This document shows positions 10,676 to 19,969 of a DNA stretch of 32,000 nucleotides, in pieces. The stretch lies in NCBI GenBank assembly GCA_008080745.1, contig SHMX01000001.1, forward strand, positions 510,001 to 542,000. Reading direction: 5' to 3'. Numbering within the stretch: position 1 is the stretch's first letter; each line of letters opens with the position of its first letter. The notes beneath the pieces were generated by a model. It did no database searches. It had not been told where the DNA came from and saw only the letters and a list, made by a program, of their open reading frames with translations. The position numbers and the translations under genes were made by a program. Origin of the DNA: Candidatus Thorarchaeota archaeon (GTDB lineage Archaea > Asgardarchaeota > Thorarchaeia > Thorarchaeales > Thorarchaeaceae).

Positions 10676-11593
10676 ATGAAAAATCTGGTAGGAAAAATTG
10701 TCGGCCTGGTCCTTTCTGGAGAAGACTATAGGCCCGAAGTATTAGCAACCATTAGTATGAGATTCCTAACTAAAATTCAGGAGATGGTTTCTGAAGTATT
10801 CTTAATTAAGGAAAGTGGGAAAACCATTAGAGACTTGTTATTTCAAACTTATAAAAAAAAGGGCAAGGAAAACAAATTCAAACTATTATGGTATTCTGGT
10901 TTGAATAATAAGACTGTTAGAAATATGGAGGGAACTACAAAGAAGGAAGTATGTTTGAAACTGGGATTGGAAAACATTCAAGCATTCATAGGGATATTTA
11001 CTCAGGATTGTTCCGAAATGGAGTACAAAATCAGTTTGAGGTTAAAACGGGACGATACCACCATAGAACTTAATGAAATAGAAAGTACATGGTTTCTGAA
11101 TGCAATAGCTTCTATGAAGATGAGTATTCAAGGTGGAGCATGGAGCGAAGTCGGCAAATTGGTTGAATCATCGTTATTGTATTCGATATTCAATATTCTT
11201 GAGATACCAGAAACAAACTACATTATTGATATTGAGGATATAAAAAAAAGATGTGATATCAAAACACGTGAAATTGATGGAGTCTTAATTGATAAGGAGG
11301 ATAAATGTCTAACAATAGAAGTAAAACTACTAGGAATTGGAAATCCTGAAATTGGCGATGAAGCCATAGCAAGAGAGGTTGACTTATTTTTAACAGATAG
11401 AATGACAGAAATGATGATTAGTGAGGGTGAGAAAAAGGGAATTAAGACTGTAGAATTTCGTCAGGAAGATGCCATTGATAAAATATTTGAATTTCTTTCT
11501 TCAAGTAATATTCCCTGCAGTAAACCATCATCTGAATCAAAAGAAGAACGAAAGCTTAGAATTGAAAAACTGGTCAGTAAATATTTGGAGTAA
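10676..11593 (+). CDS. Type II restriction endonuclease, CfrBI family
   Basis: 'G.DYR.EV', 'SGLN.KT..NM', 'GGAWS..GK..E', PD-(D/E)xK-type 'REID...IEVKL.G.GNPE' recalled from RE_CfrBI family; directly downstream of MTase. Confidence 0.75.
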   Translation: MKNLVGKIVGLVLSGEDYRPEVLATISMRFLTKIQEMVSEVFLIKESGKTIRDLLFQTYKKKGKENKFKLLWYSGLNNKTVRNMEGTTKKEVCLKLGLENIQAFIGIFTQDCSEMEYKISLRLKRDDTTIELNEIESTWFLNAIASMKMSIQGGAWSEVGKLVESSLLYSIFNILEIPETNYIIDIEDIKKRCDIKTREIDGVLIDKEDKCLTIEVKLLGIGNPEIGDEAIAREVDLFLTDRMTEMMISEGEKKGIKTVEFRQEDAIDKIFEFLSSSNIPCSKPSSESKEERKLRIEKLVSKYLE

Positions 11594-11843
11594 TAGTAAC
11601 AAAAATCGTACTTGATATACACCCTAATTTTAGATTAAATGTGTGTAGGATGGATAATACCATCTCGCTTAAGTGAAAAACCTGTAGTATACTATTCTAA
11701 TCACAGTATATATCATTGTAGTTTATTCTTAGACAATATTTCACACAGGATGTTGTTTCTGAAAATAATTCAATATTGTATTCTCTTGGGGCTCCAGCAC
11801 TACACAATATCAGCCGCTAACAATTTAATTTTCTTAATCAGTC

Positions 11844-12740
11844 TTAATTTCTTTTGTTATTTAACCGTTTTAATATAGTAACCATCACCAATGCCATTAT
11901 AGTTACTATTATTCCAATGCCAATAACAGGGATTATCCATTGATTAAGAGTAACATCTCGCTCTATACCAATAATTGGATCATATACCAGAGTATTGTTC
12001 CCAAAATTTTCAAATGCGGTATAGAGTGCTATACCCGCACCACTTGAATTGCCATAAGAACAAAGTGAAGAAATCCGTTCAATAGAGTTGTTCAGTATGT
12101 TTGCTTCCACCGCATTCTGCATGAAGCCATTTCTAAAATTGAAGTCATTTTCATTTTTGGTAAACTCAAGGGGTGCATGTTGACCAAAGTGGTGATGCAT
12201 CTCACTTGAGGAGAGTGACATCCCTAGGACCAATAGAGAGTCTGATTGATTCCAAGTCCAATTGGATATAATCACGTCATATTTCATTTGGTGCTGATAA
12301 GAGAGATACATGTGCATTCTAAGTTGAATGTAAACGGCACCTTTGTGAGTGAAGTTGAAGTGAACCTCTGTAGTAATATCATTATCCTTAACAGTTCTGA
12401 ATTCACTGGTTTCCCATCCCTCTGATGGAATAGTATACCTTGAACCAATTATGACATCTTCTTCTGGAGTATAGATCCCATCACCATTTCCATCTTCGAC
12501 TTCAAAAAGTGAATGAAAAGATAAGTGGTATTTCGTACCATGCAAGGTCTGATTTGCATCCCACCACTGAAAATGAGGTGCCTCATGATGAGATGTCATT
12601 AAAATATCAACTTGCTCAGTTTCCATATAGAAATGTCCTTCAGAGTGGCCATGAGAGATTCCTCCTCCATGCATTTGAGCACTGACAACTGGCAAGATAC
12701 TGAGGAGAACAAACAAAGACAAAGCATACCATTTCTTCAT
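11844..12740 (-). CDS. Hypothetical His-rich secreted, membrane-anchored protein
   Basis: Start re-called at ATG 12740 (MKKWYALSLFVLL signal peptide); His clusters; DxNGDG motif; C-terminal TM. Confidence 0.7.
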   Translation of the reverse strand: MKKWYALSLFVLLSILPVVSAQMHGGGISHGHSEGHFYMETEQVDILMTSHHEAPHFQWWDANQTLHGTKYHLSFHSLFEVEDGNGDGIYTPEEDVIIGSRYTIPSEGWETSEFRTVKDNDITTEVHFNFTHKGAVYIQLRMHMYLSYQHQMKYDVIISNWTWNQSDSLLVLGMSLSSSEMHHHFGQHAPLEFTKNENDFNFRNGFMQNAVEANILNNSIERISSLCSYGNSSGAGIALYTAFENFGNNTLVYDPIIGIERDVTLNQWIIPVIGIGIIVTIMALVMVTILKRLNNKRN

Positions 12741-12795
12741 AATTTCACTATAGTTAATATATGATGGTGTATCATTTATAGCTAATGGTATAACA

Positions 12796-12818
12796 CCGCC
12801 CGCAACCGCCCGCAACCC
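12796..12818. repeat. Short GC-rich tandem repeat (CCGCCCGCAA x2 + CCC)
   Basis: Read directly at 12796-12818 in otherwise AT-rich intergenic DNA. Confidence 0.6.
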
Positions 12819-12939
12819 CTAAAACACAAATGTGTTCTATTTGACAGCTTATCATAATCCTTCAAACCGATACTCCACTTTGCAAATCCCAAATTTATCC
12901 AGATATAGAATGCAAAAGTATGAGCTGACTTGTATCAGC

Positions 12940-14310
12940 TCATCTTGCAAAGAATTGCCTATGCACGGACTCTATGGCAGATCGCATCTGATTCTTCTTA
13001 ACAATGAAGTAGTAAGCTACCTCTGATGCACCAGCTGAGAACATCTCAACATTGATTCCTTCAGCTGCAACTGCTGAAAAAACCTTGGCTGCAAGCCCTT
13101 TTGTCGAGAGAAGGCCCTCACCAACTACTGCAATCAATGCAACATCAATTCTAAGTTCAAGTTTTTCTATTACACCTCCAACTAGTGGTTGGAGAGAAGT
13201 CTTGCTTCTAGATGCATCTTTTGCATCGATAATCAGATTGATGCAGGTCTGGGAGGTGATGACGGAATAGATGTTAATTCGCTCTGCAGAGAGATGATCA
13301 CCGATATCACCTATTATACCAGGTTTATGACCAACACCAGCACCATGGATCTTGAGCACTGCAATATCCAAGTTATAGGTGACACTCTTAATCACATCAT
13401 GGTGTTCATGACCATCACATTGAATTAAAGTCCCACGAGAGGAGGGATTATGCACGTTTCGCACAAAGACCTCCGTAAATGTTCCAATTAGTGGTTCGAC
13501 AGTACGGGGATGCAAAACCCTTGCACCAAAATATGACAGTTCGGCTGCTTCCCTATAGGAGAGGGTTTCAATGGGAACAGAGTGTGATACCAATCGTGGA
13601 TCTGCGGTCATAAAGCCATCAACATCTTTCCAGATGTCTATTGTTTTAGCGCCAAGAGCATGAGCAATTACAGATGTGCTATAATCAGACCCATTCCTAC
13701 CAAATGAGGTGACTCTACCTGTTTCTGTACATCCAAAAAAGCCAGTGATAACTGGAATACATCCCTGTTCAAGATATGCAGGAATGCATTCCAGCAAGTT
13801 CATCTTTATAGCTGAGAGATTGGCAGTTGCATTATCATAGCAAGCATCAGTCACAAGCCCAATCTGCTCCGACTCAAGAGATACGGATAGATTTCCATAT
13901 GATCTCAATATTCCTGCCAGAAGAACCGAAGAGAGCCGTTCACCTTGACTTAGTAGGAGAATGCGTATAGGTTCGAATATCTCACCAATATACGCCAGGC
14001 CGTACAATAGCCGTTCAATCTTGTCAAATATCCTATCCAGCTGCTGCGAAGTGTTGTGGTATTCTTCAGGGTCCTGAATTTCACTTGCCGCAATCTCAAA
14101 ATGCTGGTCGCGTAAATCAGTTATGATGGGAGAGATAGCTTCTTCCGAATCAAGTGCTGACTGAGCAGCTGATTCTAGTTTATTGGTCACACCATACACA
14201 GCAGAAACTACCACTATAATGGGGTCTGTGAAGGATTCCAATATGTTTGAAACTCTTCTAAAATCACTGGGCGATCTCAAGCATCCGCCACCAAATTTCA
14301 TAACTCTCAA
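12940..14310 (-). CDS. lysC: Aspartokinase with two C-terminal ACT domains
   Basis: 'MKFGG', 'VVVVSA..G.T', 'GERLSS', 'GR.GSDYS', 'DVDG..TADPR', 'ELSYFGA.VLHP'; TTG start overlaps asd stop. Confidence 0.95.
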   Translation of the reverse strand: MRVMKFGGGCLRSPSDFRRVSNILESFTDPIIVVVSAVYGVTNKLESAAQSALDSEEAISPIITDLRDQHFEIAASEIQDPEEYHNTSQQLDRIFDKIERLLYGLAYIGEIFEPIRILLLSQGERLSSVLLAGILRSYGNLSVSLESEQIGLVTDACYDNATANLSAIKMNLLECIPAYLEQGCIPVITGFFGCTETGRVTSFGRNGSDYSTSVIAHALGAKTIDIWKDVDGFMTADPRLVSHSVPIETLSYREAAELSYFGARVLHPRTVEPLIGTFTEVFVRNVHNPSSRGTLIQCDGHEHHDVIKSVTYNLDIAVLKIHGAGVGHKPGIIGDIGDHLSAERINIYSVITSQTCINLIIDAKDASRSKTSLQPLVGGVIEKLELRIDVALIAVVGEGLLSTKGLAAKVFSAVAAEGINVEMFSAGASEVAYYFIVKKNQMRSAIESVHRQFFAR

Positions 14311-15383
14311 GATTCCACCTCCGATTTTGTAAGATAACCATGAGCAAGAGCGAACTCAGCATTAAGAACGGACGCACCAGCAGCACCTCGAAGGGTGTTA
14401 TGAACAAGGAGAAAGAATGATACTTTTGATCCTCGGACTCTCACACGACCAATTTTAACCCTCATACCCAAATCATCCAAGTCATATGTGAGGTCTCGAC
14501 GAGGTTGGGGACGGTCTTTCTCCGAGAGAAGAAGAATGGGATTTTGTGGAGCAGTGGGTAGATTGATTTCTGAAGTATTCAGCCCCCAAGAATATTCTTT
14601 GAATAGATTCATAGCGGCTTCAGTAGAGATAGATTCGCGTAGGTCTACGACAATGCTCTCAAGATGACCGTCAATAACTGGCACTCGTGCACAGCTGGCG
14701 TGAACTTCAAAGTCACTTGAGAGAATCTTGTTTTCTCTCATTTGGCCAAGAATCTTTCTGGACTCCCATTCCATCTTTTCCTCCTCATTTTCGATATAAG
14801 GAATCACATTTCCTGAAATGTCTAGTGAACTCACTCCATGACGTCCAGCTCCAGAAACTGCCTGATAAGTCGTTACAATAACCTGTTCGATTCCAAAAGT
14901 TAGTAGAGGTTTGAGACCAAAAACTAAACCGGATGTTGAACAGTTGGAATTTGTCACGATGAACCCAGCATAATCCTGATGTTCTATCAAACCAATGTGT
15001 TCAGGATTTATCTCAGGGATAAGAATCGGAACATGAGGGTCTCGTCTGTGAGCGCCAGCATTTGAAAAAACTGGCAATCCATATTGTGCAAGGGTTGTTT
15101 CAAGGGGCCCAGCTATATCACTGGGAAGAGCACTGAATACCAAGTCTAAATTCTGATCTCGTATCCAACCAGGTGTTGATTCGGTGACAATTATATTTCG
15201 GGCGGATTTGGGAATGGACCTTGAAACGACCCAATCCACTGCTGCACTGTATTCTCTACCAGCTGACCGGGAGGATCCTGTTAGTGAGGCCAGATGGAAG
15301 TAAGGATGGTCACCAAGTAGACGAACAAATTGCTGTCCAACCATTCCAGTGGCTCCTAATACTCCAACACGTAACTTATCCAA
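14307..15383 (-). CDS. asd: Aspartate-semialdehyde dehydrogenase (archaeal type)
   Basis: 'VGVLGATGMVGQ', catalytic 'NSNCST', 'QAVSGAG', 'RVPVIDGH', 'HNTLRGAAGA'. Confidence 0.95.
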   Translation of the reverse strand: MDKLRVGVLGATGMVGQQFVRLLGDHPYFHLASLTGSSRSAGREYSAAVDWVVSRSIPKSARNIIVTESTPGWIRDQNLDLVFSALPSDIAGPLETTLAQYGLPVFSNAGAHRRDPHVPILIPEINPEHIGLIEHQDYAGFIVTNSNCSTSGLVFGLKPLLTFGIEQVIVTTYQAVSGAGRHGVSSLDISGNVIPYIENEEEKMEWESRKILGQMRENKILSSDFEVHASCARVPVIDGHLESIVVDLRESISTEAAMNLFKEYSWGLNTSEINLPTAPQNPILLLSEKDRPQPRRDLTYDLDDLGMRVKIGRVRVRGSKVSFFLLVHNTLRGAAGASVLNAEFALAHGYLTKSEVES

Positions 15384-16109
15384 TCATACCACCTCCATAC
15401 CTTGAGAGATGAGAGCATAATCCACATCTGCTCGAACAATGTCTGGTAAATTCCCAGCAGTGCCCACAAGTTCGTCAACAACCACCATTGCACCCTCTAC
15501 TCCACATTCCATAATTGTCCTTAGAGATTGGTTGATGGATTCCCTCATTGGAACACTAACGAGGTTCCCAAGATAGGTTGCAGCGGCATCTGCTAGAGTA
15601 ACATCATCGGAGACCACTATTGATGCATCGCTGATTCCCAGACTAACTGAGTGACCAACTGTTGCTGAAGAGGTACAGATACCAAGAATTGTGTTAGTCA
15701 CAGCGACTTGGAATCCATATTTCGAGGTTATCTGAGATCCAGTATATATTCCAACAATTACGGGTTCTTGAAGATACAATGCAATGTCGCCCCCATTATC
15801 AAATACAATATGATTTGCACCTGCTTCCACCAGAGTATTTACCACTTCATAGGCTATAGCACCAGCTACTGCTGCCATGGGGCCAACTTGTGTCTTCATA
15901 CTCGCCGCTATCATGTGTTTCACAATGGGAGGAGCTGATTCATCCATGGCGATTGGTTGCATAGATGTACGAAACGAGGGATGTTTTTCGATATACTCAG
16001 TAAGAGCAATTCTTGCACTTCGAATTGTCTTTTCAGCAAGAGGGACAAAATCCTTCGCTGTGATGAGTGTGGCATAGGTCTCACCTATACTGATTCGGTA
16101 ACGTTCCAT
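15384..16109 (-). CDS. UPF0280/ApbE-like protein (MA1715-like sulfide assimilation)
   Basis: 'GPMAAVAGAIA', 'DNGGDIA', 'GICTSSATVGHSVSLG.SDA', 'ADAAAT..GN'. Confidence 0.85.
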   Translation of the reverse strand: MERYRISIGETYATLITAKDFVPLAEKTIRSARIALTEYIEKHPSFRTSMQPIAMDESAPPIVKHMIAASMKTQVGPMAAVAGAIAYEVVNTLVEAGANHIVFDNGGDIALYLQEPVIVGIYTGSQITSKYGFQVAVTNTILGICTSSATVGHSVSLGISDASIVVSDDVTLADAAATYLGNLVSVPMRESINQSLRTIMECGVEGAMVVVDELVGTAGNLPDIVRADVDYALISQGMEVV

Positions 16110-16120
16110 TAGACATCACC

Positions 16121-17479
16121 TCAACTCCGAAGATGAATTGCCCCATGAGGACATACATCACCACAGACCCCACATTCCTGACAAAGGGTAGGGTCATAAT
16201 TAACTCGCCATTCTGTATCCCTTCGAAAAACTCCTGCCTCGCAATAAGCAACACATAGACCACACTGAATACAAGCTTCCTCATCTCTATAGACACTCTG
16301 TCCCTCGGGTATGTGGACTACTGATGGTATCGATTCAGAGCCATTTGGTTCTCGTTGTCCCATAGATTTAGCAGAACCATGTGCACAGAGTTTTTGAGCT
16401 GGTTCTGTGAGGAAAAACCTCCCAGTAGCAATCTGTCTCTTTAGCAAACTTGCAATTCGGGATGCCATCCTGAAACTGGATATAGGTGAGGTCTTAACAT
16501 CACGACCGTTCAGTTCAATACATCCTGATTTTAGCTCCTCGTATGTTACCCTTTTTAGGAGTGGACGATTACGTGAGGGGACGCCATAATCAAAGACATT
16601 AGTAACAATATCAACATCAGACACCCCTGTGCTTTTTGCAATATCTTCGTTAAGAATGGGAATTGGAACCCCCACGCCAACAAATAGACTTGTGCCATAG
16701 TTGGTCAGGGATATACCTCTGATGAACTCTGGAGACATTTTCTTAAGGTCTCCTTGAACCATAAGAGTTCCAAACCCACCATCAGGACTGTGTTGTGTGC
16801 CATTTCCAATGATGTAGCTCTCAGTCCCACCCAGAAGTATCCGAGTTCCTATGCCAATAGCACGATAGGATGGGTCATTGATGATGGGGGATAACTCTCC
16901 CGCACCCGAAAAAGTGGCATTGCCCATCTCAGGAAGAAGTTTACCCATATAGGTATAGAGAGTTTTCTCAGTGGAGTTTGTAGCAACACCATATCGTTCG
17001 TAACAATTTCGCGGATTGGATAGAACCGCCTGATTTAGATCATCAAGGGTTATCTCAGTAGAGAGTTCTCTTCGAGGATAGCAATCTGTACCATATGCCT
17101 CTGCCCTAAGTTGGATAGCCTTCCCCTTCAACAAATCTTCAATGACATGACCCCCGCCATATGCCATTCCACGCGATTCAGAAAGTTGTGTAGCACCCAG
17201 ATATGCATCTACCGCAGCAACCCCCGCATATGCTTCAACATCATTCAGCCAGACCTTTGACATTTTCATTGGAGGTTCAGAATGGCCGAAATTCATCCAC
17301 ATTCCCGACGAGCACATAGCACCAAAGGTGCCTGTAGTCACCACATCGACCTCATGAACAGCGCCCTTAGGTCCTAGTTCAGCAACGAGGTCGGACATCT
17401 CAGCAGCTGTGACAACCATCACACTGCCATCTTCTATTCGCTCGTTAATCTCTTGTACTGTCTTTTCGTAACGACTCAT
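16121..17479 (-). CDS. Homocysteine biosynthesis enzyme (DUF39, L-aspartate semialdehyde sulfurtransferase) fused to 2x[4Fe-4S] ferredoxin
   Basis: 'VDVVTTGTFGAMCSSG', 'AAVDAYLGAT', 'GGGHVIEDL', 'NPRN.Y', 'GAGELSP..NDP'; C-terminal CxxCxxCxxxC twice; start re-called at ATG 17479 behind GGAGG. Confidence 0.9.
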   Translation of the reverse strand: MSRYEKTVQEINERIEDGSVMVVTAAEMSDLVAELGPKGAVHEVDVVTTGTFGAMCSSGMWMNFGHSEPPMKMSKVWLNDVEAYAGVAAVDAYLGATQLSESRGMAYGGGHVIEDLLKGKAIQLRAEAYGTDCYPRRELSTEITLDDLNQAVLSNPRNCYERYGVATNSTEKTLYTYMGKLLPEMGNATFSGAGELSPIINDPSYRAIGIGTRILLGGTESYIIGNGTQHSPDGGFGTLMVQGDLKKMSPEFIRGISLTNYGTSLFVGVGVPIPILNEDIAKSTGVSDVDIVTNVFDYGVPSRNRPLLKRVTYEELKSGCIELNGRDVKTSPISSFRMASRIASLLKRQIATGRFFLTEPAQKLCAHGSAKSMGQREPNGSESIPSVVHIPEGQSVYRDEEACIQCGLCVAYCEAGVFRRDTEWRVNYDPTLCQECGVCGDVCPHGAIHLRS

Positions 17480-17482
17480 TTT

Positions 17483-17655
17483 GAGACCTCCACCTCTCAA
17501 GTCAAGAAATACAGAAAGAATACATGCAGAGAAGTCACACCAATCAAGTCAGAAGAGGAAAACTATGCAACGAGATTACCAACTAGGCAATCATTCCCGT
17601 TGATAGACCGTTATGAGGTCTCTGTATGTTTCATTTTCTGTATTCTTTGACTTAA
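17483..17655 (-). promoter_or_regulatory. Structured 5' leader (long imperfect inverted repeat, inner hairpin, anti-RBS segment, 7-codon uORF)
   Basis: Arms 17499-17532 / 17619-17653 pair at ~27 of 34 positions; GAGACCTC 17483-17490 vs GAGGTCTC 17615-17622; function inferred. Confidence 0.55.
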
Positions 17656-17850
17656 TTGGCAAGTGATGGCGAGAAACTTCCCCTTATCAATAATTCCCGA
17701 TGACTCAGAGTATGAGAAGGAGGAATTGAGGTCACAGTTTATAGTCTTTCAAATTATAGAAAATATAATGCACAAATTGCTGTCCTATATGATGGTTTTC
17801 CTATCAGGAGCATAAAACCCAACGAGTGACTTAGTGAGGGAGTCTGAAAA

Positions 17851-18441
17851 TTGAATGAACCTATTCCTCCAGAGGATTTAGAGGAGATAAACAAAGAACT
17901 GGAATATATTCTTGGTACGAATAAATACCAGCTCAGACAAAATATCAAAGATAATGTTCTTGGAGTGTATTTGAATAATCAGCGATCCACATTGATCGAT
18001 GAGATTCCCATTGAGATTTGGGATACATTGAATCGTGAGGAACTAATCACATACATCCTTCAAGTAGCTAATAATCACATCATAGCTCTAAAAACTATGA
18101 GGAGGACTGTTGGAATACCCTTACTAATGATGATTCCAGCTATTCTATTATTCATATTAATATATGATTTATTTCCCGAACCATTCAGGAGGATTGCGGC
18201 ATCTTTGATATCTGTTGCAGTTTGGGGAGTAGCATTCATTCCATTTCTGTATAGAGATTTCATAATCACACAATTCCAAGCAGATAAACTAACTATTTCT
18301 CAGAGGTCTAATCTCATAGAGGTCTATCGAAAGATGGAGGAGCTAACCAAATCCAAGAACAAAGTAGTAAGCTATCGAAGTAGAGTAGGTCGACTAGAAA
18401 AATATCTTCAAACACAGATAGAAATGGAACATGGCATTTGA
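17851..18441 (+). CDS. Hypothetical 2-TM protein, degenerate M48 peptidase-like (paralog 1)
   Basis: TTG start; 'LNREELITYILQVANNH', two TM segments, 'FQAD'. Confidence 0.65.
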   Translation: MNEPIPPEDLEEINKELEYILGTNKYQLRQNIKDNVLGVYLNNQRSTLIDEIPIEIWDTLNREELITYILQVANNHIIALKTMRRTVGIPLLMMIPAILLFILIYDLFPEPFRRIAASLISVAVWGVAFIPFLYRDFIITQFQADKLTISQRSNLIEVYRKMEELTKSKNKVVSYRSRVGRLEKYLQTQIEMEHGI

Positions 18442-18541
18442 TCTCTGGAAATTAATCATCATAAGTAGGAGAAGTGGATACTGAAGTCAGAGAATATTTA
18501 ACTCGCTCCGTCCCTAAAATGTAGAAAAGGTGTAAGGGATA

Positions 18542-19102
18542 ATGGAATCAGGAGATGAGAAAGAAAAGAGAGCTTCATGGTTAGACAAGGAATTAGAAAG
18601 AGTCTTGGAAACAAATCGATTTACCATTGATTATAGACCTCAAAGAAGAGGATACGTATTCTCTACAACTACAGACAAGGGCTATCAATGGAGAAAATTC
18701 ATCGAAGAAGAAACCCTGGATATATTTAACGATGAAGAAGCCTTAACCTACGTAGTTCAAATTGCCACTAGATTTACTGCACCAGGAGAAATAGGGCTCT
18801 CTATGAAACGGTTCGCAACCGCCATGATAGGTTTCTTTGTCTTTGCATCAATAACCTATATTCTTACTCCAGTACTAATACCTCGACAAATCTCGGTTTA
18901 TTTTTCTGTAGTTGGGTATCTCCCAGTTTTTGCTTTGTTGATAGCCAAAGATAGAAGGAGAAGAAGATATGAAGCGGACATCGAAGCACATCGTTTCAGA
19001 AAAGATCTCCCTCAAGTGCTCCTAAAGTTAATAATTCATACAGATTCACCGAGAGAAAAAGCTAACTTGGAAAGAAGGTTGGACAAGCTAAGAGAACGGT
19101 GA
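18542..19102 (+). CDS. Hypothetical 2-TM protein, degenerate M48 peptidase-like (paralog 2)
   Basis: 'KELERVLETNRF' vs 'KELEYILGTNKY' upstream; 'FNDEEALTYVVQIA', two TM, 'RRYEAD..A...DL..VL.KL'. Confidence 0.65.
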   Translation: MESGDEKEKRASWLDKELERVLETNRFTIDYRPQRRGYVFSTTTDKGYQWRKFIEEETLDIFNDEEALTYVVQIATRFTAPGEIGLSMKRFATAMIGFFVFASITYILTPVLIPRQISVYFSVVGYLPVFALLIAKDRRRRRYEADIEAHRFRKDLPQVLLKLIIHTDSPREKANLERRLDKLRER

Positions 19103-19262
19103 AATCATTTCTCCTAAATTACTCATTTTTTTTAGCTCAAGAAGTCTTCATAAGATTAGCGCGTTTTTAATTAAAAGTAGAGGAAAAATTGGTTTGGTCA
19201 TGTAACAGTTAATAGTCAGGGAGCATCAAATATGTAATACTAAATATGTGGGGCTGAATATT

Positions 19263-19772
19263 TTGGGACAAACACAGTATAAGAAACTCGTCCTCGTTGG
19301 GACCGGGGGCGTTGGAAAGAGCTGTATCTCTGCCAGACTAGTTACTGGTGAATTCATCGACCAATCTATGACAGTAGGCATGAATGTAGATTCATGGACG
19401 ATAGTGGAAGAGGATGATAATGCAGTTATTAGAACATCGATTTTTGACATGGGTGGTCAAGATAGATTCCGTTCATTCCAAAATGGATTGGTGAGTGGAG
19501 CGGATGCTCTTCTTGTGGTATTCAGTGTCAATTCTTTTGAATCATTTCTTCAAATCGATGATTGGTTGGAACTTGTTAGGGAGATTCCACGAGAAAGGTG
19601 GGTTCTGGTTGGTAACAAGATCGATGAGGAGTCTTCAGTGCCGGATGCAGAGATAGAAAGAAGAGCCTCGGAATTGGGTGTTAAATCAATCAAAATAAGT
19701 GCTAAGACAGGCGAAAATTTTGACCAGCTGGAGGCTATGCTTGAGGGTATTCTAAACATATCTCTTGACTGA
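19263..19772 (+). CDS. Ras-superfamily small GTPase 1
   Basis: G1 GTGGVGKS, G2 MTVG, G3 DMGGQ, G4 NKID, G5 SAK; start TTG 19263 chosen by alignment to paralogs (GTG 19248 alternative). Confidence 0.95.
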   Translation: MGQTQYKKLVLVGTGGVGKSCISARLVTGEFIDQSMTVGMNVDSWTIVEEDDNAVIRTSIFDMGGQDRFRSFQNGLVSGADALLVVFSVNSFESFLQIDDWLELVREIPRERWVLVGNKIDEESSVPDAEIERRASELGVKSIKISAKTGENFDQLEAMLEGILNISLD

Positions 19773-19874
19773 TAAATCTCCATTCAATGGAGTATATTTC
19801 TAAAATCTGAAAACAGATAGTGTTAATCATCTTGCAACTGCTTGAGACCTTATTCCTGAAATAGTCAAAGGTGT

Positions 19875-19918
19875 TTCTTAGAAGATTTAATTGTTACAAG
19901 GAATTGTTATTAGTTAGA
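19875..19918 (+). repeat. Duplicated upstream (promoter) block of GTPase 2; second copy at 20659-20702
   Basis: 39/44 identical; AGGATTATC and CATGGGAGCT also shared closer to both starts. Confidence 0.9.
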
Positions 19919-19969
19919 TTAACGCCTGCCACTACGAGGATTATCCGGAAAACATGGGAGCTATGCCTG

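Noticed and set aside
11639-11878. 79-aa ORF after the restriction endonuclease
   Set aside because: AT-rich intergenic sequence, overlaps the convergent gene end, no recognisable motif or RBS.
17590-17600. SECIS element in the structured leader (AUGA present)
   Set aside because: No opposing GA quartet, helix too short, 5' location, and no in-frame TGA gene nearby.
19871-19969. N-terminal extension of GTPase 2 in the ORF track
   Set aside because: Region is the duplicated promoter block; paralog 3 starts at the equivalent TTG.
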